Below are positions 39,571-48,398 of a stretch of 64,000 nucleotides of DNA, piece by piece. The translations under genes and the position numbers were made by a program. A model generated the notes under the pieces. That model was given only the letters and a program-made list of their open reading frames with translations. It did no database searches and was not told the DNA's origin. This DNA is from Candidatus Latescibacterota bacterium (GTDB lineage Bacteria > Latescibacterota > UBA2968 > UBA8231). The stretch spans positions 3,072,001 through 3,136,000 of the forward strand of contig CBDFJF010000001.1 in the NCBI GenBank assembly GCA_965248265.1, written 5' to 3'. Position 1 is the stretch's first letter, and each line of letters starts with the position of its first letter.

Positions 39571-40353
39571 CTATTGCCGTGTCCTCAGTTTGTTCTCCAC
39601 GATCTGTTTCAAGCGGGGGTGCATGGTGAAATACTGCTTGCCGTCGTTTTCGTGCTGCTCAGATCTTGGCAGCTGAGAGCTGGCAAATCCCTCGACGGCC
39701 CGCACCACCAGCTCAACGCTCGTCACCAACGCCTTGGCACGCAAGGTGGCGATGGTATCTCCAGCTTCGACGGCGATCTCCTCAAACAGCAGGGTGTCAC
39801 CGGTGTCTATGCCGCGATCGATCAAGTGCACGGTGACCCCGGCCGGCCGATCGTGCAAGAGACTCCATTCCAGCACGTTCATGCCGCGAAATGCCGGTAG
39901 CCATCCCATGTGGGCGTTCAAAATACCGATGCGAGGGGTCTGGATGATGCCCGGCCTGAATATTCCGCCACCGGCATTGATCAACAGATCGGTTTCACGC
40001 TGCCTGACGTAGTCGACGGCCTCCGGGCCGTTCATACTATCAACGCGCCGGAACTCCATGCGGTTGGCTTGACACACGCGTGTCAGCGGCCAGTCCCAGC
40101 CGGTCAGCTGGTTCGCCTCAGCGTGAGCCCGCAAGCTCTCGGTTGCCTCCGACGTGTGCGCGCGCAACCGTCCCAACCAGGCGCCGGCGCTCGAACCCGC
40201 GACAGCCCTCCTGAAACGGGGCTTCCACCCGGGTCGCGTCTGCCGGCGCGAGCACAAAACGTACGCTGGGGCATGGCCGCCGCTGGCAAGTTGCTCAACC
40301 AGGGTGGCGGCGTAGTCGTTGACACGTGAATCCGAAGTGACACCGACGATCAT
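39571..40353 (-). CDS. Formyltransferase family protein (N10-formyl-THF dependent)
   Basis: LNAHMGWLPAFRG, GVTVH..DRGIDTG; ATGA overlap with the upstream gene. Confidence 0.85.
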   Translation of the reverse strand: MIVGVTSDSRVNDYAATLVEQLASGGHAPAYVLCSRRQTRPGWKPRFRRAVAGSSAGAWLGRLRAHTSEATESLRAHAEANQLTGWDWPLTRVCQANRMEFRRVDSMNGPEAVDYVRQRETDLLINAGGGIFRPGIIQTPRIGILNAHMGWLPAFRGMNVLEWSLLHDRPAGVTVHLIDRGIDTGDTLLFEEIAVEAGDTIATLRAKALVTSVELVVRAVEGFASSQLPRSEQHENDGKQYFTMHPRLKQIVENKLRTRQ

Positions 40354-41588
40354 GTCCCAACTCCCGGTGGGCAACCGCTCTCCAACGGTTCCATGAGCGT
40401 TTCTTGCAGCATCAAAGCGTCGGCGAAAAACTTTGCCGCCCAGTTTGGGTAGGCGAGAGGCAAATAGGGTCCCCAAACCGGATAGGAGCCGGCGACACCA
40501 CCGCGGATCCCGGCGTTTCCACTGCTCAGATCCTGGGTCTGTTTGACCTGATCCAACATCTTCAACGCCGCATTCAGGAATCGTGCGTCTTGTGTCAGCT
40601 GATAGACCTTGAGCCAGACGATGGCCATCTGTGCGTTGCCCACCAGGCAGGAGGAGGGGGAGCGGGCTGGACGCCAGTTCTCGGCGAAGGCCGCGGAAAA
40701 AAAAGCCGGCATGTCTTCGGGAGCCAGTTTGCGCAGTTCGTACAGACGCAAGGTTTTGTGGGCGGCCGCCAGGACCAGGTCCCTCGCTTTGTCGGCAGTG
40801 GCTTCCGTCAAAAACGGTGCCGATTCCAGCAAGCCTCTCAGGGTATAGGCGATGGTGTGGCTGAAAGGAGGCTCATCCGGAGTGAACCCCATGTGCTCGA
40901 GCCAACCGTGTCTGCCCGAGAGGGACAACGCCCAATTAATGTTGTTCTCGGCAGCGTGCCGGTGGCGATCCTCGCCGGCCAATTGATAGGTCTCCAGAAG
41001 GGCCCACGCCACGCGGGTGTGGTAGGCATGCGGGGTGTCCATGAACGAGTGCCGGCGCCACTTGCCATCGGCGTCCTGAACCGTGAGCAGCCAGTTGGCG
41101 GCATCGACGGCCGCCGTCAAGAAACGGTCCTCGTGGGTGACACGGTACAGGGCGCACCAACCCAGCATCACCTGACCGGTGTTGAAGACGATCGGATAGT
41201 CGTTGATGCCGCGGCCACCCCGTACGGCCCCCGAAGCGAGCTGGATGTCGATCTCCCAATCCCCCATGGCTAGGGCACGATCGACGTAGCTACTGTCCCC
41301 ACATCGGTCAGCGTAACGCAACAATGTCGGAATTACGTACCCGGTGGTTTCGGGATAGGGCGGTCCCCACCCGGTTTCGAAAAAATACCCCGACGACGAT
41401 CCACTACCGTCCACGACATCTTGAGAGCGGCACAGCCACGCGATCGTTGCCTCGAGGTGATCGCTGTCAGCATGGACTGGGCCATGCCGCCGGCACACCT
41501 GGCGGGCGATCACGGCCAGGTGAGAGGGGCGCGAGTAGGATCTCAGGACCCGGTAGCCCTTGGAGCCAAGCTTTCTGAGAGCTGTCAT
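40350..41588 (-). CDS. Alpha/alpha-toroid protein (YPETTGY family, prenyltransferase/six-hairpin-like)
   Basis: AWLCRSQD, YPETTGY, FNTGQ, WLLTVQDADG, HTIAY, YPNWAAKF. Confidence 0.7.
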   Translation of the reverse strand: MTALRKLGSKGYRVLRSYSRPSHLAVIARQVCRRHGPVHADSDHLEATIAWLCRSQDVVDGSGSSSGYFFETGWGPPYPETTGYVIPTLLRYADRCGDSSYVDRALAMGDWEIDIQLASGAVRGGRGINDYPIVFNTGQVMLGWCALYRVTHEDRFLTAAVDAANWLLTVQDADGKWRRHSFMDTPHAYHTRVAWALLETYQLAGEDRHRHAAENNINWALSLSGRHGWLEHMGFTPDEPPFSHTIAYTLRGLLESAPFLTEATADKARDLVLAAAHKTLRLYELRKLAPEDMPAFFSAAFAENWRPARSPSSCLVGNAQMAIVWLKVYQLTQDARFLNAALKMLDQVKQTQDLSSGNAGIRGGVAGSYPVWGPYLPLAYPNWAAKFFADALMLQETLMEPLESGCPPGVGT

Positions 41589-41706
41589 GAATGAGGCGCT
41601 GGCTTCAAAGACTTATCTTTGTCCGGGCGATGAAGTGGGGTATAGAAAAGAAGATAATCGCGCGGTCGATCGTAGGGTCAAGGTCCCGGTTGAGAGGAAG
41701 GATCAA

Positions 41707-43311
41707 GTGAACGGCTCGAGAGTCTGGAGTTGGAGCTCAACCCTTGCTCTGCTGTTGGCCAGTTGTGCAGACCACCAGGTGCCGTTCCGGGAGGCCGACT
41801 CTGCGCAGAGCGCCATACCAGGGTCCACGACTGTCGGTCTCAGGGAGGCCTTTTCCGTCCCCGATCCAGGCGATGAACAGATCCAGTGGCAGGCGTTGGA
41901 GCCGGCCGTGTTCGAGGCAGCGCGTCAGCAAGACAAGCTGGTGCTCCTCTTCATGATTTCATCATGGGATGGAGCGAATCCTATGGCGACGACGGGCCAT
42001 GCCTTTCGCGCTCTGGTAGCGGATCGCTTCGTCCCCATACGAGTCGATCCGCTACGCAGACCAGACATTGCTCGTCGATATGCGCCGGCCGGATGGCCGG
42101 CGTTGGCCGTGACCCTGCCAGACGGTCGGCTTGTGGCCACTGCCACCGATATCCCCCAAAACAACATTCATGAGTACCTCCGGAGTCTGGCGAATCACTA
42201 TCGCGACCGTCCAGACGAGGTTGTGAGCCGGGTGCAGGCTTCTCACCTGCCTTCTTCCAAACCAGGCGACGCTTCGACGGTGACTGTTCCAGCTTTGTAC
42301 GCCGATGTCGCGGCCGCATACGACTCACTCCATGGGGGCTTCGGCACTGGTGCCAAATTTCCTGAGACCGGCGTTGTGCAGTTTCTGCTCAGCTATTACG
42401 AACTCCACCGGGACGGGCAGGCGCTTGAGATGGCTCTGCGGAGTCTGGAAATCCAGTCCCGGGCCCCGATGTGGGATGAACGGGAAGGTGGAGTGCTCTC
42501 CTATTCGTTCACGCCGGACTGGTTGTCGCCGATATTGGAGAAGGACGGAGCGGACCAGGCTGGTTTGCTGGAAGCGCTCATGCACGCCAGGCAGTTGACC
42601 GACGAGACCTTCAGCGATTCTGTGGCTCGACTGCTGGCCTATATTCGAGGCGAACTGTTCGACGTCCAAAAAGGCGTTTTCTACAGTCGCCAGGTGAGAC
42701 GCCCCCGCAGCGAAGAGTTTTCAGCCTGGTGGACCGACCCGACGGTGTACACGGATAGAAACGCGCTGCTGATTCTCGCCTGTCTGCGAGCCACGGGAGC
42801 CGAAGTGCCAGGTCCGGATTCGGCTGACATGGGCTTGGCCGCAGCCGCCTATCTGATGGAAGAGTGTGTGCGACCAGATGGCGCGGTGTTCCACTGCGTG
42901 ACTGAGAGTGGCCCCCAAGTGGTCGGACTGCTGGAGGACCAGATGTTGGCTGCCCAGGCGCTGTGGGAGGCCTATCGAGTTTCGGGCAACGACGAGTTTG
43001 TCAGTACCACTCGTCGTATTCTGAAGTGGACGGAGACCAATCTGCGTGACGCCAGGGAACAAGCATTCATCGACGGGCAGGAAGATGCCGCCATACCCGC
43101 CTGGAAGCAGGCGATACGGTTCGCGGATGAGGTGGTGCCGGCCGGGAATGCGATTGCCGCAACGCTGTACCTGCAAATGGGTCAAGAGGCTATGGCCTCT
43201 GAGCTCTTGAGCGACCGGGTGTTCGATTCCAAGGTTCCTCGGCGCTCGTACGTCTCCTTTGGCCGCGCCCTCCTGCGGTGGCAGGCAGCGACGGGAGTGA
43301 CCACAGAGTGA
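41707..43311 (+). CDS. DUF255/YyaL(SPATA20)-like thioredoxin-fold plus toroid lipoprotein
   Basis: Lipobox LASC, IQW..A..QDKLV, FVPIRVD..RPD, GWP, YD..HGGF..AKFP; the CxxC is absent. Start GTG 41707 after GAGGAAGG. Confidence 0.78.
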   Translation: MNGSRVWSWSSTLALLLASCADHQVPFREADSAQSAIPGSTTVGLREAFSVPDPGDEQIQWQALEPAVFEAARQQDKLVLLFMISSWDGANPMATTGHAFRALVADRFVPIRVDPLRRPDIARRYAPAGWPALAVTLPDGRLVATATDIPQNNIHEYLRSLANHYRDRPDEVVSRVQASHLPSSKPGDASTVTVPALYADVAAAYDSLHGGFGTGAKFPETGVVQFLLSYYELHRDGQALEMALRSLEIQSRAPMWDEREGGVLSYSFTPDWLSPILEKDGADQAGLLEALMHARQLTDETFSDSVARLLAYIRGELFDVQKGVFYSRQVRRPRSEEFSAWWTDPTVYTDRNALLILACLRATGAEVPGPDSADMGLAAAAYLMEECVRPDGAVFHCVTESGPQVVGLLEDQMLAAQALWEAYRVSGNDEFVSTTRRILKWTETNLRDAREQAFIDGQEDAAIPAWKQAIRFADEVVPAGNAIAATLYLQMGQEAMASELLSDRVFDSKVPRRSYVSFGRALLRWQAATGVTTE

Positions 43312-43336
43312 CAACTAGAGTGACAGCTAGAGTACC
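43295..43336 (+). repeat. 11-12 bp tandem repeat (GAGTGAC core)
   Basis: GAGTGACCACA / GAGTGACAACTA / GAGTGACAGCTA / GAGTACC, spanning the upstream stop codon. Confidence 0.7.
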
Positions 43337-43342
43337 CCAGCG

Positions 43343-44251
43343 ATGAAGATCCTCGTAACTGGTGCCCACGGTTTGCTGGGACAACATCTTCTGCGAGTGG
43401 ATCGCGAGGGGGTCGAGTTGGTGGGCAGTGGTCGCAGCAGTGAGCTTGTGGGATCGGCCAGCTACCGATCCGTCCAGCTGGATGATCCGGATGCCGTCGC
43501 TCGCCTGATGGAGGAGGTACGACCCCAGTGGGTCATTCACACCGCGGCCATCACCAACGTCGATCGTTGTGAGACAGAGAGGGAAGAAGCTCGACGGGTC
43601 AACCTCGGATTGGTCGAGATTCTCGTCGGTTGCTGCAAGGCGGCCGACATCGGACTGGTGCAGTTGTCAACGGACTACGTGTTCAGTGGTGATGACGGTC
43701 CCTACAGCGAAGATGCCGAACCGCGACCGCTGTCCTACTACGGCCAGCTCAAGTTGGAGAGTGAGCACCGGGTGCTGGAATCCGGGATCCGCGGAATCGT
43801 CCTGCGCACGTTGTGGCTTTACGGTTACCTGCCGGAAACCAGGCCGAACCTGGTGACTTGGCCTCTGGGAGCCCTGCATCGTGGCGAAGCTCTGCGCATC
43901 GTGGATGACCAATGGGGCAATCCGACCTTCGTCGTCGACCTGGCGGACGCGCTCATCGATTTGTGTCGGGGAGAGGGTGCCGGTGTCTTCCACATGGGGG
44001 GCGCCGACTTCATGACCCGGCATCAAATGGTGGAACAACTGGGCGCATTCTTCGGCCTCGACACAGCTGGCGTGGAGCCGATCAAGACAACGGACGCTGG
44101 CCAGAGTGCGCCGCGTCCAAGACGCTCAGGTCTAACCAGCGATCGCCTCACCACCACTCTCGGCCGCCGTCCGTTGACCCTGGAGCAGGGCTTGACTCGG
44201 ATGACGGAAGACGAACACTTTCGGCGTGATTTCGACTACTTATTCACATAG
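43343..44251 (+). CDS. rfbD: dTDP-4-dehydrorhamnose reductase family SDR
   Basis: TGAHGLLG, HTAAITNVD, STDYVF, YGQLK, DDQWGNPT. Confidence 0.88.
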   Translation: MKILVTGAHGLLGQHLLRVDREGVELVGSGRSSELVGSASYRSVQLDDPDAVARLMEEVRPQWVIHTAAITNVDRCETEREEARRVNLGLVEILVGCCKAADIGLVQLSTDYVFSGDDGPYSEDAEPRPLSYYGQLKLESEHRVLESGIRGIVLRTLWLYGYLPETRPNLVTWPLGALHRGEALRIVDDQWGNPTFVVDLADALIDLCRGEGAGVFHMGGADFMTRHQMVEQLGAFFGLDTAGVEPIKTTDAGQSAPRPRRSGLTSDRLTTTLGRRPLTLEQGLTRMTEDEHFRRDFDYLFT

Positions 44252-44266
44252 GAACCCAGACAACCC

Positions 44267-44983
44267 ATGCGAAGCGAAAGCCAGCAGACGCTATCCGTTT
44301 CACTGATCACCCCGACCTACAACGAGAAGGAGAACATCGGTCTTCTGGCGGACGAAATCTTTCAGGTCTTGGCCGGGGTGGACGATATCGATCTGGAGTT
44401 GATCGTAGTCGATGATAACTCGCCCGATGGCACCGGCGAGGCAGCCGAGAAGCTCAAGGAGAAATACCCGGTGCAGGTCGTCCATCGAGCCGGCAAGCTC
44501 GGTCTTGGGTCCGCCGTGATGGAGGGCTTTGCGTTGTCGGAGCGTCCTTACGTGGGGGTCATGGATGCCGACATGAGTCACGACCCCGTCGTCCTGCCGC
44601 AGTTGATTCATGCGCTGCGAGACTTTGACCTGACCATCGGCAGTCGCTTCGGAGAGACCAGCCTGGTCGAGGAATGGGCATGGCACCGCAAGTTGGTGTC
44701 GCTGGTTGGAGTGGCCATGGGGCGAATGCTCACCGGAGCCGAGGATCCACTTACTGGATTCTTCTTCGTTCGCACCCGCTCGCTGGAGGGGTTGTCCCTC
44801 ACCTCTTCAGGATTCAAGATCCTGCTAGAGATTTTGTGCAAGGGGCGCTGCCGAAACCATCTGTCGATACCCATCGTCTTCCGCAATCGTGAATTCAGCG
44901 CGAGCAAGCTCAATTGGCGCGAGCACTTGCTGTTTATGAAGCAGATCCTCTACTTCGCGTTGCGGAAACTGGCCGGGCGCTAG
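44267..44983 (+). CDS. Polyprenol-phosphate mannose synthase-like GT2 (DPM1-like)
   Basis: PTYNEKENI, DDNSPDGT, GLGSA, MDADMSHDP, GSR. Confidence 0.88.
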   Translation: MRSESQQTLSVSLITPTYNEKENIGLLADEIFQVLAGVDDIDLELIVVDDNSPDGTGEAAEKLKEKYPVQVVHRAGKLGLGSAVMEGFALSERPYVGVMDADMSHDPVVLPQLIHALRDFDLTIGSRFGETSLVEEWAWHRKLVSLVGVAMGRMLTGAEDPLTGFFFVRTRSLEGLSLTSSGFKILLEILCKGRCRNHLSIPIVFRNREFSASKLNWREHLLFMKQILYFALRKLAGR

Positions 44984-44987
44984 TCTC

Positions 44988-46706
44988 TTGAGCGGCGGGG
45001 GAGAACTCCTCAGACCACAAACGCTCGATCTGAGCGTGGTTATCCCAAGCTTCAACACCTGCAAGCTGATCGAACGGGCGTTGCGCACCGTATTCGAAGC
45101 CTCGAAGGATCTGGACATCGAGGTCATCGTCGTCGACAACGCTTCGAACGACGGTAGCCCGGAGATGATCGAGGACAAATTCCCCGACGTCCGGCTCATC
45201 AAGAATGACAACAATCTCGGTTTTGCGGGCGCCAACAATATGGCATTTCGCCAATCCGAGGGCCGACATGTGCTGCTGCTCAATTCCGACACGCTGGTGC
45301 GACCGGACACGCTGCGCTGCCTGGTGGAGTTTCTCGACACGCACCCCGAAGCCGGCGCCGCCGGCTGCAAGATCCTCAATCCAGACGGCACCTTCCAACA
45401 TGATTGCCGGCGGGGATTCCCCACGCCGATGGCGGCGATCTACAAGCTCTCGGGATTGAGTCGGTTGTTCCACAACAACCCTCGATTTGCTCGCTACAAC
45501 CTGACGTATCTCGATCCCGATGAGTTGAGCGAAGTCGACGCCCTGTCCGGTTCGTGCATGATGGTTCGTCGCGAGGTTCTCGACCAGGTGGGTTTCCTCG
45601 ACGAGGACTACTTCATGTACGGAGAGGACCTGGATTGGTGCTTCCGGATGAGGCAGGGTGGTTGGCGGATCTACTATGTACCGACGACGACGATCATCCA
45701 CTTCCGCGGTCGGAGCGGGCACCGGCAACAGATGCGGATTCAGTACCGAAAGAACGAGGCGATGGCGATCTTCGTGCGCAAGCATATGAAGGATCGCTAT
45801 CGCATTTTTCCGACCTGGGTTCTGCATCTGGGCATACTGATTTACGGTGCGTATTCCTTTGTTCGACCGGTGGCTCAGAGACTGGCGCTGCCGCTATTGG
45901 ATGCTGTGCTGGTGCTGAGCAGCCTGAAACTCGGCATCGTGCTGCGATACCACGAAAAACTCACACCGGTCATCCGCGACATAGAAGCGGCAGGTACTCG
46001 ATTCGATCTGGATTTTGAACCGACGCGATGGCTGGAGCTACCTGCGTACAGTGATGCACAGTGGTTGGTCGTCTATGCCGTGTCGACGGCGCTGTGGTTG
46101 TTGGCCTTTTCCATTTGTGGACTATACGACAAGCACAAGTACTCTCCAGTCCGGGCGGTAATGGCTGTATCGATGGGATTCGCCTTCGTGGTCACCACGG
46201 TGTTTTTCTTCAAGGCCTACAACTTTTCGCGCCTGGTCGCGGGGACGGCATGGTTTTTCAGCGCACTTCTTGTTGCGGGCTGGCGCGCCGGCTCAAGGCT
46301 GGTCATGCATTCAAAAAGAAGCCGCCGGATGAGCCGCAGAAAGGTGATCGTCGTCGGCACCGATGCCGACGCTGAGCGCTTGCTGAAATACCTGCACAGC
46401 GTCGGAGGGCTGGATTGCGACCTGCTCGGAATCGTCGCCGCCGAAAGGGAGGCCATCGGCAGAGTGGTTGCCGATGTTCAAGTCATCGGTCCCGTCGAGG
46501 ATCTGGCCGAGATCGTCAACGAGTACGGTGCTGACGAACTGCTGTTCACGTCGCATACCATCGTTCACTCCCTGCACCAGGTCGGCCACGGTTTCGCCTC
46601 TCGGCATCTGCGCCTGCGGATAATCCCGACATCCTTTCATGACCTCATCGCCGCAGACCCACCGCAATCATTGGACGATCTACCTCTTGTCGACGTCAGC
46701 AGGTAA
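44988..46706 (+). CDS. GT2 glycosyltransferase fused to membrane segments and a WcaJ-N-like nucleotide-binding domain
   Basis: DNASNDGS, NLGFAGANN, LLNSD, FMYGEDLDW; then 4-5 TMs, FSR and VIVVG...ADELLF. Confidence 0.85.
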   Translation: MSGGGELLRPQTLDLSVVIPSFNTCKLIERALRTVFEASKDLDIEVIVVDNASNDGSPEMIEDKFPDVRLIKNDNNLGFAGANNMAFRQSEGRHVLLLNSDTLVRPDTLRCLVEFLDTHPEAGAAGCKILNPDGTFQHDCRRGFPTPMAAIYKLSGLSRLFHNNPRFARYNLTYLDPDELSEVDALSGSCMMVRREVLDQVGFLDEDYFMYGEDLDWCFRMRQGGWRIYYVPTTTIIHFRGRSGHRQQMRIQYRKNEAMAIFVRKHMKDRYRIFPTWVLHLGILIYGAYSFVRPVAQRLALPLLDAVLVLSSLKLGIVLRYHEKLTPVIRDIEAAGTRFDLDFEPTRWLELPAYSDAQWLVVYAVSTALWLLAFSICGLYDKHKYSPVRAVMAVSMGFAFVVTTVFFFKAYNFSRLVAGTAWFFSALLVAGWRAGSRLVMHSKRSRRMSRRKVIVVGTDADAERLLKYLHSVGGLDCDLLGIVAAEREAIGRVVADVQVIGPVEDLAEIVNEYGADELLFTSHTIVHSLHQVGHGFASRHLRLRIIPTSFHDLIAADPPQSLDDLPLVDVSR

Positions 46707-46744
46707 GCCCGAAGATGCCTTGCCCAAGGCTACTAAACCGACCT

Positions 46745-46810
46745 ATGTTTACCACCTTCGATGTTTACCGTATTCGACGTCTACCGTATTCGACGTCTAC
46801 CGTATTCGAC
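46745..46810 (+). repeat. 4 x 16-bp tandem repeat upstream of the ABC permease
   Basis: ATGTTTACCACCTTCG / ATGTTTACCGTATTCG / ACGTCTACCGTATTCG / ACGTCTACCGTATTCG. Confidence 0.88.
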
Positions 46811-46878
46811 CCCATGCTGCTGCTTTTGGAGCGCGGGGAGGTAGTCCAGGCAGGTTCGTACAGGTGAGGTAACACGTG

Positions 46879-47583
46879 ATGGCCAATCAAGAGATCAGAG
46901 TGGCGGGTGGAAGAGAAATCGTCCTGCCGATCAGCAAGGCAGTCGAGATTAGTATCCGCAGCCTCAAGATCCGCTTTGGCCGATCTCTGATAACGACCAG
47001 CGGTATCATCCTAGCCATCGCTTTCCTGATGTCGGTGTGGAGCAGCAATGACATCGTCAGCAGTCTCCGCGACGCCAACAAGAATGATATAAACCTGCTG
47101 CTTCAAAAGAACGGGATTGCGACAATGGACGCGGCTGGCACCGCCACCGGGGAATCGGCGAAACGAGCGATGGAAGAGCAGTCCAAGCAGACCTGGCTGA
47201 TCTCCCTGTCCCTGCTGGTGTGCGTGGTCGGCATCGCCAACGCCATGCTGATGTCGGTGACCGAACGATTTCGCGAGATCGGCACGATGAAATGCCTGGG
47301 CGCACTGGACTCGTTCATCATCAAGCTTTTTCTGTTGGAATCGACCTTTCAGGGACTCGCAGGGACGATCTCAGGGATCGCCATCGGTCTGTTGATGACG
47401 GTGATCCTGGCAACCATCGACTACGGCCAGTTCGTCTTCGAGTATTTCCCGCTGGCTTCCGTTATCAGGTCTGCCGTTGCCGCCATAATCGCCGGCACGG
47501 TCCTGTCGCTGATCGGTGCCATGTTGCCTGCCTACAAGGCGGCGAAGATGGAACCGGTCGAAGCCATGCGGCTTGAAGCGTAG
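46879..47583 (+). CDS. Short FtsX/MacB-family ABC permease
   Basis: RSLIT..GI, GIANAMLMSVTERFREIGTMKCLGA, PAYKAAKMEPVEAMR; GAGGT SD. Confidence 0.88.
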   Translation: MANQEIRVAGGREIVLPISKAVEISIRSLKIRFGRSLITTSGIILAIAFLMSVWSSNDIVSSLRDANKNDINLLLQKNGIATMDAAGTATGESAKRAMEEQSKQTWLISLSLLVCVVGIANAMLMSVTERFREIGTMKCLGALDSFIIKLFLLESTFQGLAGTISGIAIGLLMTVILATIDYGQFVFEYFPLASVIRSAVAAIIAGTVLSLIGAMLPAYKAAKMEPVEAMRLEA

Positions 47584-47612
47584 ACTTGGTAGAGGCCACA
47601 AGGAAGGACACT

Positions 47613-48386
47613 ATGTCTGAGAGCTCTCAAACCACAACCAGCCAGCCATCGACGGAGCAGCGCACCGTCGTCCGAACTCAGGGCGTCAAGAAGCTCTACC
47701 AAATGGGGGCGATTGAGGTGCATGCCCTGCGTGGAGTGGACATAGAGATTTACTCAGGAGAGTACATGTCCATCATGGGGCCTTCCGGTTCCGGCAAGAG
47801 CACGCTGTTCAACATGGTTGGGGGGCTCGACAAGCCGTCCGAGGGCAAGGTCTACATCGATGAGGTAGATGTCGCCCAGCTCGATGCCTATGAACTGGCG
47901 TGGCTGCGTTGCCGCAAGATCGGCTACATCTTCCAGTCCTTCAATCTCATACCTGTTATGACTGCCCTGGAGAATGTCACGCTGCCCATGGTGTTCGCCG
48001 GGCTGAGTAGCGACGAATCACGCGACAAGGGCATGGACCTGCTCGAAAAGGTCGGTCTCAAGGACCGGCACTCGCACAAGCCATTCGAGCTGTCCGGTGG
48101 ACAGCAGCAGCGTGTCGCCGTTGCTCGCGCTCTGGCCAACGATCCCGCCGTGGTGCTGGCTGACGAACCCACCGGAAATCTGGATCTGCACACTGGTACC
48201 GAGATCATCGAGCTGTTGAAGACGATGAACGAAGGGTCCGGGGTCACGGTCATTTCTGCCACGCATGATCACAAGATGCTCAGCGTCTCCGATCGTGTCG
48301 TCTGGATCAAGGATGGGCAGGTGGAAAACATCAAGCACCGCGAGGAGCTGGAGATCGAGGTCGCCTCCGTCGAAGGGGAGGACTAG
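47613..48386 (+). CDS. ABC ATP-binding protein, LolD/MacB family
   Basis: GPSGSGKS, LSGGQQQR, LADEPTGNLD, ATHD. Confidence 0.92.
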   Translation: MSESSQTTTSQPSTEQRTVVRTQGVKKLYQMGAIEVHALRGVDIEIYSGEYMSIMGPSGSGKSTLFNMVGGLDKPSEGKVYIDEVDVAQLDAYELAWLRCRKIGYIFQSFNLIPVMTALENVTLPMVFAGLSSDESRDKGMDLLEKVGLKDRHSHKPFELSGGQQQRVAVARALANDPAVVLADEPTGNLDLHTGTEIIELLKTMNEGSGVTVISATHDHKMLSVSDRVVWIKDGQVENIKHREELEIEVASVEGED

Positions 48387-48398
48387 TCCTCGACCACC

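Noticed and set aside
46745-46810. 16-bp array as a CRISPR array
   Set aside because: Units are contiguous with no spacers and are too short.
46745-46867. 40-codon ORF (MFTTFDVYR...) through the repeat array
   Set aside because: No SD, and the sequence is dictated by a non-triplet repeat; probably spurious.
46830-46870. GGTTCG tRNA T-loop-like motif
   Set aside because: No cloverleaf, acceptor stem or CCA can be built.
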